A DNA stretch of 64,000 nucleotides from a bacterium (GTDB lineage Bacteria > Zhuqueibacterota > QNDG01 > JAGLOF01). The notes under the pieces were generated by a model, which was given only the letters and a program-made list of their open reading frames with translations, had not been told where the DNA came from and ran no database searches. This document shows positions 16,490 through 25,501 of the stretch, piece after piece. How positions within the stretch are numbered: position 1 is the stretch's first letter; each line of letters begins with the position of its first letter. Location of the stretch: the NCBI GenBank assembly GCA_016934955.1, contig JAFGRY010000005.1, positions 27,967-91,966 of the forward strand. The letters are read 5' to 3'. The position numbers were made by a program, and so were the translations under genes.

Positions 16490-18100
16490 TTATGCATAAT
16501 AAATATATACACCCAGGACGATGCATATAAGCAAAGCGGACAGAACAACAATGAGCCCGTCTCCCTGGATCATTTTTTTGTATACCGGCAGGGCGTCTTT
16601 TCCTGCCGTCATGCTGTCACGGCTGCGTTCACTGCGCGGGCCTCTTCCCTCGAAGCTTGATACATAGAGCACCCCGATGCATATCAGGAAAAGAAGAAAA
16701 GCGAAATGCAGAAAATTGAGCGACATGACCGCTTCAAAGGGGGCCCAGAGCGCAACTCCTTTGCCTGACAGGAATTCCAGGGCCAGCCTGAGCCCTCCAA
16801 TGACAGTTCCAGTAATCAGGGCGGCGATTGCGGCCTTGTCGGTGCCCTTTTTCCGGATTATCCCCCAGAGAAACAGTGCCGCAACAGCAGGACCTGTGGA
16901 AGCCTGAATATTGAGCAGATACATGTAGCTATTTGTTTCGCGTACCTTTAAAAAAGGCACGGCAATAATAGAACAGATCACAAGTACCGTGGTTGCGAGA
17001 CGGCCCACCAGTACCAGTGCGTCATCGGACGCCCCTGTACGAATTGTACGATAATAATCCATAGTAAAAAGGGCAGAACTGCTGTTAAAAGCGCTGGCCA
17101 AAGCAGATATGAGCGCGGCAAGCAGACCGGCAATGACAACCCCCTTAATCCCCGCCGGGAGGAGATTCCCTGCAACCAGGAGCGGAAATACGCTGTCACT
17201 CAATTTTCCGTTTCCGTAAATAGCCAGGGCGATAACACCCGGTATGAGAAAAATGAACACCGAAAACAGTTTTAGGAATCCGGCAAACACCGCCCCTCTT
17301 CTTGCCTGCAGCGCATTCTTCGCTCCCAGCACTCGCTGAACGATATACTGATCCATACACCAATACCAGGCACCGAGCACGGGACCGCCCAGTACAATGC
17401 CGGTCCAGGGAAAATCAGGATCCGACATTGATTTGAAAAGATGAAAATGGCCTTCAGGCACTGCCGCCCGAAGTGCGGAAAATCCGCCGACGTTATGTAG
17501 TCCTGCAATTGTCAATACAGTCGCACCTATGATAAGCAGCGCCGCGTGCAGTATGTCCACTCTGATGATCGCATTCAACCCCCCGGCAGTGGCATATATG
17601 CCGGCAATAGCGACAATCAGCACGGCCGATGTGGCGGTATCCCAGCCCAGCGTTTCATGGAGAAGAACCCCCCCGGCCATTATTGTGATTGCAATTTTAA
17701 TGAACATGTAAGCAGCGAGCGAAAGCGCAGTCAGGTACAATCGGCTTTTTCTGCCGAACCGTCTCTCCAGAAACTCGGGAACAGTGAATAATCCCATTTT
17801 TATATATAATGGCGCGAAAAACCATCCAAGCAAGAGCACCATAAAACAGGCGATGAGTTCCAGGTTCCCCGCGGCGATCCCCAGGGCGGCTCCGGCTCCC
17901 GCAATGCCGATGAAATGCTCACTGGAAATGCTGACAGCGAATAACGACGATCCTGTTGCCAGCCAGCCTGCCTGCTTCCCGGCGAGAAAATAGTCAGCAG
18001 TCGACCTGCTGCGCCGTGAATAATAAAACCCCACTGTCAGCAGCAATCCGAAATAGACGATAATGATCCAGATATCGGATGCTGCAAGCGATGTGTACAT
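16490..18100 (-). CDS. Sodium:solute symporter family (SGLT-like sugar) transporter
   Basis: 536 aa and highly hydrophobic, with ~13-14 TM segments. The SSS-family N-terminus reads DYFLAGKQAGWLATGSSLFAVSISSEHFIGIAGAGAALGIAAGNLELIA. Confidence 0.9.
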   Translation of the reverse strand: MYTSLAASDIWIIIVYFGLLLTVGFYYSRRSRSTADYFLAGKQAGWLATGSSLFAVSISSEHFIGIAGAGAALGIAAGNLELIACFMVLLLGWFFAPLYIKMGLFTVPEFLERRFGRKSRLYLTALSLAAYMFIKIAITIMAGGVLLHETLGWDTATSAVLIVAIAGIYATAGGLNAIIRVDILHAALLIIGATVLTIAGLHNVGGFSALRAAVPEGHFHLFKSMSDPDFPWTGIVLGGPVLGAWYWCMDQYIVQRVLGAKNALQARRGAVFAGFLKLFSVFIFLIPGVIALAIYGNGKLSDSVFPLLVAGNLLPAGIKGVVIAGLLAALISALASAFNSSSALFTMDYYRTIRTGASDDALVLVGRLATTVLVICSIIAVPFLKVRETNSYMYLLNIQASTGPAVAALFLWGIIRKKGTDKAAIAALITGTVIGGLRLALEFLSGKGVALWAPFEAVMSLNFLHFAFLLFLICIGVLYVSSFEGRGPRSERSRDSMTAGKDALPVYKKMIQGDGLIVVLSALLICIVLGVYIYYA

Positions 18101-18139
18101 CGGTCACCCGGGAAGATAGGATATTAAAACAACATGAAA

Positions 18140-18155
18140 AGCAACAAGTATACCA
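18140..18155 (-). promoter_or_regulatory. Candidate sigma-54 (-24/-12) promoter of the SSS symporter
   Basis: The minus strand reads TGGTATACTTGTTGCT, against the consensus TGGCAC-N5-TTGCW. The GG and GC doublets are correctly spaced and the TTGCT -12 element is complete. It lies 39 nt upstream of ATG 18100. A sigma-54 enhancer-binding protein is encoded at 40589..42043. Confidence 0.5.
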
Positions 18156-18350
18156 CTATCCTGGATCATTGTAAATACGTTACTTATGCACCTTTTGGGC
18201 CTCGTATAAACCGGCGATCATTATCAAATCGAATATCCGTCATTATTAAAATAATAACAGCACGGTGTTCCGTATCGCAGCGCCCGCCCGGTTTTTCAGG
18301 AGCATATCTCTGCTGGATTCTCTTTTCCCCGCCGCGGGCCGGCGCCGCCG

Positions 18351-19808
18351 TCAGTACACCAGGGTCTGTATCGCGTGCGGCTGAATGGTGAACACCGCCT
18401 GCCGCTCCTCGACGGTCAGCATGTATCGTATCGCCTCATCGCTACGGTTCATCACCACCGTTGCCAGGCTGCCGTCGGTATTGAGAAATGATGTTGCCAG
18501 AAGGTGACTCCGGCTGGGAGCGGTGCTGACACGCCTGGCCCCCGGGCGAATGAATTTGGAAAAATGGCCGATATAGTAATACGCGAGGGTGTAGTGAAGC
18601 CTCCCGGCGGGCAGATCGGCATGCATGGGGGCGAAACAGTAGTTGCCCACATGGTTGGGACCGCCCCGCTCGTCGAGCAGGATGTTCCAGTCGGTCCACC
18701 CCACCGTCCCCCGGTTGAAATCGCTGATCATGGAACGGCCGTACCGTTCGGCGTTCTTCCAGGACTGATAATGACCCGGCGTGAAGCTCTCAGCGCACCC
18801 TTCGGTGAATATAAGTTGTTTGTCGGGAAACGCCTCCCAGACCGCCGTCAGGTTGTCGAACATCGGTTCCCCCCCGGCCCAGGTCTCATACCAGTGGAAC
18901 CCGATGCCCCAGACGTATTGTGCGGCTTCCGGATCAGACAGGATGGTATTGGCACGATGAACGATGAGATCCCTGTTGTGGTCCCAGACGATGATCTTCC
19001 TGTCCCCCAGCCCTTCCCGCTTCAGCGTCGGTCCCAGATAGTCCCGCAGGAAATCCCGCTCCTCTTCCGCCGTGTAGATACACGACTCCCATCGCTGCGT
19101 GGCCATGGGCTCGTTCTGCAGGGTCAGGCCCCACACCGGGATCCCTTCGTCCTCATAGGCACGAATGAATTTGACATAGTAATTCGCCCAGGGCTGATAC
19201 CATTCGGGCAGGAGCGAGCCGCCCTGCAGCATGCTGTTGTTGCTCTTCATGAAGGCCGGCGGGCTCCAGGGACTGGCGTAGAGAGTGAGGCTGCCGCCGG
19301 CGGTCTCCATGGCGCGCCTGATCATGGGAATCCGGTATTCTCTGTCATGAGCGATGCTGAAGGTCGTCAGGGCGCTGTCACCCTCTTCCACGTAGGTATA
19401 ACTGGCGCTGCTGAAATCACAGCTGTGAATCGGTACCCTCACCAGGGTGTAGCCGATGCCGTGTTCAGGATCGAAATAGGCCCGCAGCACCTCCTGCTGC
19501 TGTTCCGGGGAGAGGGCCGCGAAGACCTCCGCGGAGACGTCGGTTATCGCCCCCCCGATTCCCAGAAATGTCTGAAACTGTTTGCAGGGATTGACGAACA
19601 CGGCGATCTCATATTCGAACGGCTGCCGCGCCTGCGAAAACGGCTCCGGCCCGGAAAGGTGCAGCCGCTTCGCCGAGCCTGATTCGGTCGTATAGACGGC
19701 CACCCGGTCCCTTCCGGACGGCGACGGAGTATCATCCTCGACGCGGCACCCGGCGCCAAAAGCCGCCGCAAGCGCCAGACACATGCCTGCCATGCTATAT
19801 ACCTTCAC
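18351..19808 (-). CDS. GH30 glycoside hydrolase (glucosylceramidase-like; candidate beta-1,6-glucosidase), lipoprotein
   Basis: The ORF-track N-terminus (to 20075) overlaps the upstream AKR gene and is Arg/Gly-rich. Plausible starts are GTG 19808 (5 nt after AAGGAGG), ATG 19826 or ATG 19793, giving the lipoprotein signal ..MAGMCLALAAAFGAGC. GH30 strings include FLGIGGAITD, YASPWSPPAFMK and GLTLQNEP. Confidence 0.85.
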   Translation of the reverse strand: MKVYSMAGMCLALAAAFGAGCRVEDDTPSPSGRDRVAVYTTESGSAKRLHLSGPEPFSQARQPFEYEIAVFVNPCKQFQTFLGIGGAITDVSAEVFAALSPEQQQEVLRAYFDPEHGIGYTLVRVPIHSCDFSSASYTYVEEGDSALTTFSIAHDREYRIPMIRRAMETAGGSLTLYASPWSPPAFMKSNNSMLQGGSLLPEWYQPWANYYVKFIRAYEDEGIPVWGLTLQNEPMATQRWESCIYTAEEERDFLRDYLGPTLKREGLGDRKIIVWDHNRDLIVHRANTILSDPEAAQYVWGIGFHWYETWAGGEPMFDNLTAVWEAFPDKQLIFTEGCAESFTPGHYQSWKNAERYGRSMISDFNRGTVGWTDWNILLDERGGPNHVGNYCFAPMHADLPAGRLHYTLAYYYIGHFSKFIRPGARRVSTAPSRSHLLATSFLNTDGSLATVVMNRSDEAIRYMLTVEERQAVFTIQPHAIQTLVY

Positions 19809-19858
19809 CTGACCCTCCTTTTCCATCGGCCTTCCGCCGTCTCCGGCAGCGCCGGGAT

Positions 19859-20848
19859 TCACCGTATCAGTGATTCGATCTCCGCCATCTCTCCGGCCGT
19901 CAACGGCCCGAACTCCATGGCCGCTGCATTTTCGGTCACCTGCGCCACCGTCCTGAACCCGGGGATCGGAATCGTCTTCGGACTGCGGGCCCAGAGCCAG
20001 GCGAGGGCGCCCTGGGAAACGGTTCTGCCGTTGCCGGTGAGCACCGCCTTTACCGCATCCCGTTTCTCCAGCCATTCGGGATTCGGGGTGCCGTTCCTGA
20101 AATATTTCATCCAGTCCGGGGCCTTTTCGCCGCGGACATCATTCATGGCGGCCTTCGTGGCGGCGGTATACGTTCCGGTCAGCAGGCCCATGGCCAGCGG
20201 GCCCCTGTTGATGGCCGCCAGATCGTGCTCTTCACACACGGCGATCACATCCGGATTGTCATCGAGCACGTTCAGCTGCAGCTGAATCGCCGTACAGTGC
20301 TCCCCTTCGGCAAACACCCGGGCCCGGTCGGCGAAATCGGTGCTCCACCCGTAACTTCGTATTTTGCCTTCGGCAACCAGCATCTCCAGCGTCTCTCTCA
20401 CCGGCACCGCCTTATCCGCTGGATAGCCGTTGTCATGGAACTGGTAGAGATCGATATAATCGGTATCGAGGCGGCGCAGGGACGCATCACAGGCGGAGCG
20501 TATCCCTTCCGGAGTCACATCCGATCCCGTCACCTGCCTGGTTTCCTCATTGAAAACGGCGGTGAATTTCGTTGCGATAACGACATCGGACCTGCGGGTT
20601 CCAAGCGCTTTCCCCAGCACTTTTTCACTGTGGCCGGCACCGTAGACGTTGGCCGTATCGAAAAAGGTCACGCCCAGATCGAGGGCCGCGTGTATGGCCC
20701 GGACAGATTCTCTGTCATCCACTTCACCCCAGCCGTGGGGGGTTTCCCCCTCCCAGAAGGGGCCGCCGATGGCCCAGCAGCCAAGCCCCATGGCACTGAC
20801 CTCAATTCCCGATCTCCCCAAAAACCGTTTCATTCCATCCTCCTTCAC
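19859..20848 (-). CDS. Aldo/keto reductase family oxidoreductase
   Basis: 329 aa with AKR signatures: GRSGIEVSAMGLGCWAIGG, FFDTANVYGAGHSEKVLGKAL, DYIDLYQFH, SYGWS and IPIPGFRT. An internal ATG at 20833 (MKRFLGRSG) is an alternative start. Confidence 0.9.
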   Translation of the reverse strand: MKEDGMKRFLGRSGIEVSAMGLGCWAIGGPFWEGETPHGWGEVDDRESVRAIHAALDLGVTFFDTANVYGAGHSEKVLGKALGTRRSDVVIATKFTAVFNEETRQVTGSDVTPEGIRSACDASLRRLDTDYIDLYQFHDNGYPADKAVPVRETLEMLVAEGKIRSYGWSTDFADRARVFAEGEHCTAIQLQLNVLDDNPDVIAVCEEHDLAAINRGPLAMGLLTGTYTAATKAAMNDVRGEKAPDWMKYFRNGTPNPEWLEKRDAVKAVLTGNGRTVSQGALAWLWARSPKTIPIPGFRTVAQVTENAAAMEFGPLTAGEMAEIESLIR

Positions 20849-20855
20849 GCTTCTG

Positions 20856-21935
20856 TTATCGCTCCGGCATCAATTCAGGATACCGGTCGTACATCACTTG
20901 TTTCGCTTTCCGGTCGACGGTGAACAATCCCCAGTGTTTTTCCGCCCCCAGCGGGTTCAGATCGGGATTGCCGTCGGGTTTCCAGTCTTCATCGAACGCT
21001 TCAAAAAAGAACGCGGTAATATTCATCTCTGCGGCCCAGTCATAGAGCTCGCGGAAATAGCGGGCCTGTTTCTCCTCGCTCGCCCGCTCCCCGAACTCAT
21101 TGGCAATGGTAGCCCAGCCCGCTTCCCCGATGATCATGGGACTGTCCGGAATCGTCTTCCTGACCTCCTGAATGTTCTCGATGGTGAAAGAGAGGCCTTC
21201 ATCGATATCCTTTCCTTCCCAGAGCGGGTAGGTATGCACCATGATGAAGTCGACCACCTCGGCCAGCGGAGCCCCGTGGTCCCGCCACCAGGCGAAATTG
21301 TCGGCAACGGTAACCGGCTGCTCGATCGCCGCCTGCACCTGCCGCACATAGGCGACAACCGATTCCAGGGGCACCATGTGGTCGTTCCAGCTGACCAGCG
21401 CCTCGTTCCCGATGTTCACCGCAACCACGATATCGTTATACTCGTTGGCCAGCCTGATGGTGTTGTCGATCTGCCGTTCGTTTTTCCGCCGGTTGGCGTC
21501 CAGCGTTTCCTGCGGAATCGGTCCGCTCAGCCACCAGCACCCTTCGTGATTGCTGAATTCTGCGTCGAGCCAGGCTCCCAGCAGCACCTTCATCCTGATG
21601 CCGTGGTCCCTGATTACCTTCAGAACCATCTCGGAGTTTTCATTGGAATCGTAGAGCCTGATCAGATTGAACAGATCGTCTTTGCTCAGGATCCGCAGAT
21701 CTTCCAGAATTTCCGCTTCGGACGGATTGACGGCGCCGCTGCCGCGGTCGGGATGCTGGCCGTGCCTGAAACCGGAGTAGGCCACCGCCCGCACTTCACC
21801 GGCGAGCAGATGGCGCTTCTGCTGTTTGACGGCTCCGCTGATCGGGGTGTCGCTGGTGCACCCTGAAAACAGAAACAGGGCCAGGAACAGCATCGCTGCG
21901 GATAATCCGCAGGCGGGTATGCCGGTGGATTTCAT
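20856..21935 (-). CDS. GH17-like beta-1,3-glucanase/transglycosylase, lipoprotein
   Basis: 359 aa with lipobox LFLFSGC. The TIM-barrel pattern fits GH17: AVAYSGFRHGQ, acid/base candidate VNIGNEALV, nucleophile candidate IIGEAGWAT, and FEAFDEDWK..EKHWGLF. Confidence 0.75.
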   Translation of the reverse strand: MKSTGIPACGLSAAMLFLALFLFSGCTSDTPISGAVKQQKRHLLAGEVRAVAYSGFRHGQHPDRGSGAVNPSEAEILEDLRILSKDDLFNLIRLYDSNENSEMVLKVIRDHGIRMKVLLGAWLDAEFSNHEGCWWLSGPIPQETLDANRRKNERQIDNTIRLANEYNDIVVAVNIGNEALVSWNDHMVPLESVVAYVRQVQAAIEQPVTVADNFAWWRDHGAPLAEVVDFIMVHTYPLWEGKDIDEGLSFTIENIQEVRKTIPDSPMIIGEAGWATIANEFGERASEEKQARYFRELYDWAAEMNITAFFFEAFDEDWKPDGNPDLNPLGAEKHWGLFTVDRKAKQVMYDRYPELMPER

Positions 21936-23227
21936 GGGTCTCTCCTTCCTTGATGTGCTTTCACATAAAATGGAATGTTTGCGTGGGCGCCGCTGCCGCT
22001 GTTGTCATGCGCATACACGAACAGACGGTAGGGGCCCTCGCTTCGGGGGACGGTAAACGTGAGTGAAGCCGCCTGCGCGCTGATGCGCACCTCCTGCGCC
22101 GCCGGGGGCCGCATTTCCGCATCACCGCCCGTTCCCTTATCCGTGGTTTCATGCAGGATCTCCCACGCCAGCGTCAGCGTATCACCGTCCGGATCGCTGA
22201 CATCGGCGACGGCCCGGGCCTCTCTTCCCGGCTGCAGGACGATACTGTCCGCCGCCCGTTTCCCTTCCAGTTCCAGGGAAACGAGACGGGGCGCCCGGTT
22301 TTCAGGCCAGTTCCCCTTCCAGAGCCGGTGCATCACATCCACCGCTTCCGTCTTCTCCCCCTCCGGAAGAAACATGCTGTACCAGGTGGCGGTGCGTTCC
22401 TGCTTGGAGCCCCAGAGAAAGACATAGCTGCCGAGACAGAGCGGATCGTTTTCAATATAATCGTTGTATTCTCTCAGATAGAGATCCGCTTTCTCGCTGC
22501 TGGTGAACTCAATGGGTTCGTCCCAGGAGGTTCTTCCGACCTCCCAGTGTCCGAAGGTGCCCCACTCGCCCACTATGTAGGGGCCCTTCCACCCGTACTC
22601 CCGGATGACCCGGGGAAGCGCCGACAGGGCGGCGTAACAGTTAACGCCGAGAATATCGATGCTGGGGCACCTCTCCTGAATATAGGCGACCTCTTCTTTC
22701 TCGATGAACGCCGTCACGGTCATGGTTGGATGGCGTCCGTCAACCTCATGGATATAGCGGGCCACCTCTTCGACCGCGTTCCAGACCGCGGGGTTGGTGT
22801 AGTTGAGATCGAGCTCGTTGCCGATGCCCCAGACGAGCAGAGCGGGATGATCCTTGTAGGCGAGCACCGCTTTTTTGATCCGCTCGAACTGCCGGCGCAC
22901 CGTTTCGGGATCACTGTAATCGAATCCCTGCCGCTCCTGGTCGAGCCAGATGCCAGCGCAGACGGTAAGTCCCAGCGCCTCAGCCCGGGAGAATGCCTCT
23001 TCCCACTGATCGCTCCCCCAGGTCCTGACCGAATTACCGCCGTATTCGGCAAGGATATCGTAGTGGCCGGTTATTCCGGCGCCCTTAATATAGAAGGCCT
23101 CGCCGCCGCGGAACAGCCGGTATCCCGCTTCTGTATTGCGCACCTCCACCCGCACCGCATGATCCTGGCTGCTGGCGGCGGCCGCCGCCAGCGCGATCAG
23201 CAGTATCAGCGTCACTGTTCTTCTCAT
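21932..23227 (-). CDS. Clan GH-A glycoside hydrolase with C-terminal Ig-like domain (possibly GH158-like endo-beta-1,3-glucanase)
   Basis: The likely start is ATG 23227 after GGAGG (MRRTVTLILLIALAAAAASSQ). TIM-barrel motifs include LLVWGIGNELDL (acid/base) and IVGEWGTFG (nucleophile). A C-terminal ~110-aa beta-sandwich is present (..VADVSDPDGDTLTLAWEI..YRLFVYAHDNSG). The subfamily assignment is a guess from architecture. Confidence 0.6.
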   Translation of the reverse strand: MRRTVTLILLIALAAAAASSQDHAVRVEVRNTEAGYRLFRGGEAFYIKGAGITGHYDILAEYGGNSVRTWGSDQWEEAFSRAEALGLTVCAGIWLDQERQGFDYSDPETVRRQFERIKKAVLAYKDHPALLVWGIGNELDLNYTNPAVWNAVEEVARYIHEVDGRHPTMTVTAFIEKEEVAYIQERCPSIDILGVNCYAALSALPRVIREYGWKGPYIVGEWGTFGHWEVGRTSWDEPIEFTSSEKADLYLREYNDYIENDPLCLGSYVFLWGSKQERTATWYSMFLPEGEKTEAVDVMHRLWKGNWPENRAPRLVSLELEGKRAADSIVLQPGREARAVADVSDPDGDTLTLAWEILHETTDKGTGGDAEMRPPAAQEVRISAQAASLTFTVPRSEGPYRLFVYAHDNSGSGAHANIPFYVKAHQGRRDP

Positions 23228-23262
23228 ACCATCCTCCGCCTCTTCGACATGGGTCACATCGT

Positions 23263-25440
23263 TCAGTCCCTGAACTCGAATGTGCCGCACAGGCCTCCCG
23301 CGGAATCCCCGCCGATCCATACCTGGAACGTGCCGGGTTCGGTCACCTCTTCCAGGCGCGGATTGTGAAAGGAGAGATCGGCTGCGCTCAGGGTGAAGGT
23401 CACGGTCATCGATGCTCCGGGCTTCAGCCGGACCCGGGTGAATCCTTTCAACTCGCGTACCGGACGGACCACGCTCGCCACCAGGTCGCGGACGTAGAGC
23501 TGCGCCACCTCCTCCGCTTCAACGGACCCGGTATTGGTGACAAGCGCGGAGACGGTGAGGGCTCCCTCACTGCCGATCCCGTCCGCCGAAAGCTGCAGAT
23601 CGCTGTACTCGAAGGTCGTGTAGGAAAGACCGTATCCGAAAACGAACCGGGGCTCGTACCCGGCATCTATGTAATGGGACTCATTGCCCAGGGAATTCTG
23701 CACGGCCCGCACCGGAATGTCGTCGATATGGGTAAAGTGCTCTTTTACGGGAGGCCGGCCCGTATTCCGGTGACTGTAATAGATCGGCACCTGCCCCGCC
23801 ATTTTCGGGAATGTCACGGGCAGTTTTCCGGAAGGGCTCTCCCTGCCGAACAGCAGGTCGACGATCGCCGGTCCGCCCATGGTGCCGGGGTGGAACATGA
23901 AAAGAATGCTGTCCACCTGGTCCAGGACACCGTCGAGGATGAGCGGCCGGCCGGCCATGATTATCAGGACGAGCGGTGTTCCGCAGGAAGCGAGTTCATG
24001 AATCAGCTCCTCCTGGGCGCCGGGAAGCGAAAAGTCCGCCCGGCAGTGGGCCTCGCCGGTGATGATCGCCTCCTCTCCCATGAACAGCAGTACCGCATCG
24101 GATTCCCGCGCCAGCGCGACCGCCCTGCTGAAATCCGAACGATCGGTTGAGCGGGAGATCTCCAGCACCGGCAGGTAGTCGATCCGGATGGCATCGCCCG
24201 CATAGTCCCGCAGCGCCTGAAGCGGCGTCACCGTGTCATCGATATTTCTGTCGAATGTCCAGGTCCCCAGCTGTTCATGGGGATCGTCCGCCATGGGGCC
24301 GAACACCGCCAGCCGCGCGACCTCCGGAGCCAGGGGGAGCGCGCCCGTGCCGTTCTTGAGCAGGATGGCGCTCTGGAGCGCGGTTTTTCTGGCTGCGGCA
24401 AGATGTCCTGCGTTCAGCGGCGCCGGGAATTTCGCCGGATCGGTGTAGGGATCCTCAAAAAGACCCAGCCGGAATTTTACCCCAAGAATTCGGCGAACCG
24501 CGTCATCGATCAGTTCCGGCGCGAGCCTGCCCTCGCTCACCAGCGCCTCCAGATGCGTTTCATACACACGCGACGCCATCTCCATGTCCATGCCCGCCGT
24601 CATTGCTTTTTCAGCGGCCTCCCTGTCATCGGCGCAGTATCCGTGGATGATCATTTCCTGAATGGAATTATAGTCGCTGATCACGAATCCCGGGTATTGC
24701 CACTCTCCCTTCAGAACGGTGCGGAGCAGGAACGCATCGCCGGTGCAGGGAATGCCGTTCAGATCGTGAAATCCGCTCATGAACGAGGCCACGCCTTCAT
24801 CCACACATGCCTTGAAGGGCGCCAGATACACATCCCGCAACAGTGTCTCCGGAATGTGCGCGCTGTTGTAATCCCGCCCGCCCTCGGCCGCGCCGTACCC
24901 GGCGAAGTGTTTCGCGCAGGCGGCGATGGAACCGGGAGCGGCGAGATCCTCTCCCTGAAATCCCCGGACCATGGCCGCGCCCATCACCGAGGTCAGGCAG
25001 GTATCTTCGCCGAAGCTCTCGGCGATGCGGCCCCAGCGGGGATCTCTGGCGATGTCGACCATGGGCGCCAGTGTCCAGTTGACTCCTGTCGCCGCCGCTT
25101 CCAGGGCGGCGATGCGCGCGCCCTGCTCCACCAGTTCCGGATTCCAGGTGGCGGCCAGTCCCGGATTTATGGGGAACAGCGTTCTGAACCCGTGAATGAC
25201 ATCCCGGGCGATGAGGAGCGGGATGCCGAGACGGCTTTCCTCAACGGCGATTTTCTGGATTCTGTTGACCGTATCGGGATCCGCCTCATTGAGAACGGAC
25301 CCGACGCTGCCGCCGCGAATGCGGTCTTCATTGCCCTCCGCGCGGTCGCACTGCATCAGCTGCCCGATCTTTTCCCGCAGGGTCATCCGCCGCAGCAGCG
25401 ACTCCGCCCTGCTCTCACTGTCGTCTTTTTTGGTCATCAT
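23263..25440 (-). CDS. GH3 beta-glucosidase (BglX-like), no signal peptide (cytoplasmic)
   Basis: The likely start is MMTKKDDSESRAESLLRRMTLREKIGQLMQ at 25440. GH3 strings include GIPLLIARDVIHG, PRWGRIAESFGEDT, KHFAGYGA and GFVISDYNSI (nucleophile Asp region). A C-terminal FnIII-like domain is present. Confidence 0.9.
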   Translation of the reverse strand: MMTKKDDSESRAESLLRRMTLREKIGQLMQCDRAEGNEDRIRGGSVGSVLNEADPDTVNRIQKIAVEESRLGIPLLIARDVIHGFRTLFPINPGLAATWNPELVEQGARIAALEAAATGVNWTLAPMVDIARDPRWGRIAESFGEDTCLTSVMGAAMVRGFQGEDLAAPGSIAACAKHFAGYGAAEGGRDYNSAHIPETLLRDVYLAPFKACVDEGVASFMSGFHDLNGIPCTGDAFLLRTVLKGEWQYPGFVISDYNSIQEMIIHGYCADDREAAEKAMTAGMDMEMASRVYETHLEALVSEGRLAPELIDDAVRRILGVKFRLGLFEDPYTDPAKFPAPLNAGHLAAARKTALQSAILLKNGTGALPLAPEVARLAVFGPMADDPHEQLGTWTFDRNIDDTVTPLQALRDYAGDAIRIDYLPVLEISRSTDRSDFSRAVALARESDAVLLFMGEEAIITGEAHCRADFSLPGAQEELIHELASCGTPLVLIIMAGRPLILDGVLDQVDSILFMFHPGTMGGPAIVDLLFGRESPSGKLPVTFPKMAGQVPIYYSHRNTGRPPVKEHFTHIDDIPVRAVQNSLGNESHYIDAGYEPRFVFGYGLSYTTFEYSDLQLSADGIGSEGALTVSALVTNTGSVEAEEVAQLYVRDLVASVVRPVRELKGFTRVRLKPGASMTVTFTLSAADLSFHNPRLEEVTEPGTFQVWIGGDSAGGLCGTFEFRD

Positions 25441-25501
25441 CAGTAAATTCCCGTTCCTGCTGTTTTCACATACCTCTACCGTGCACGGCCGCGCCCGGCG
25501 C

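Noticed and set aside
19827-20075. Long N-terminal extensions offered by the ORF track that overlap the upstream gene. They occur in GH30 (to 20075), the GH158-like gene (to 23320), GH3 (to 25536), the response regulator (to 42241), the PP2C phosphatase (to 47978) and kinase 1 (to 59422).
   Set aside because: The extensions are low-complexity and overlap real upstream coding sequence. Each contains an internal start that yields a proper signal peptide or a canonical family N-terminus, several preceded by a GGAGG-type site.
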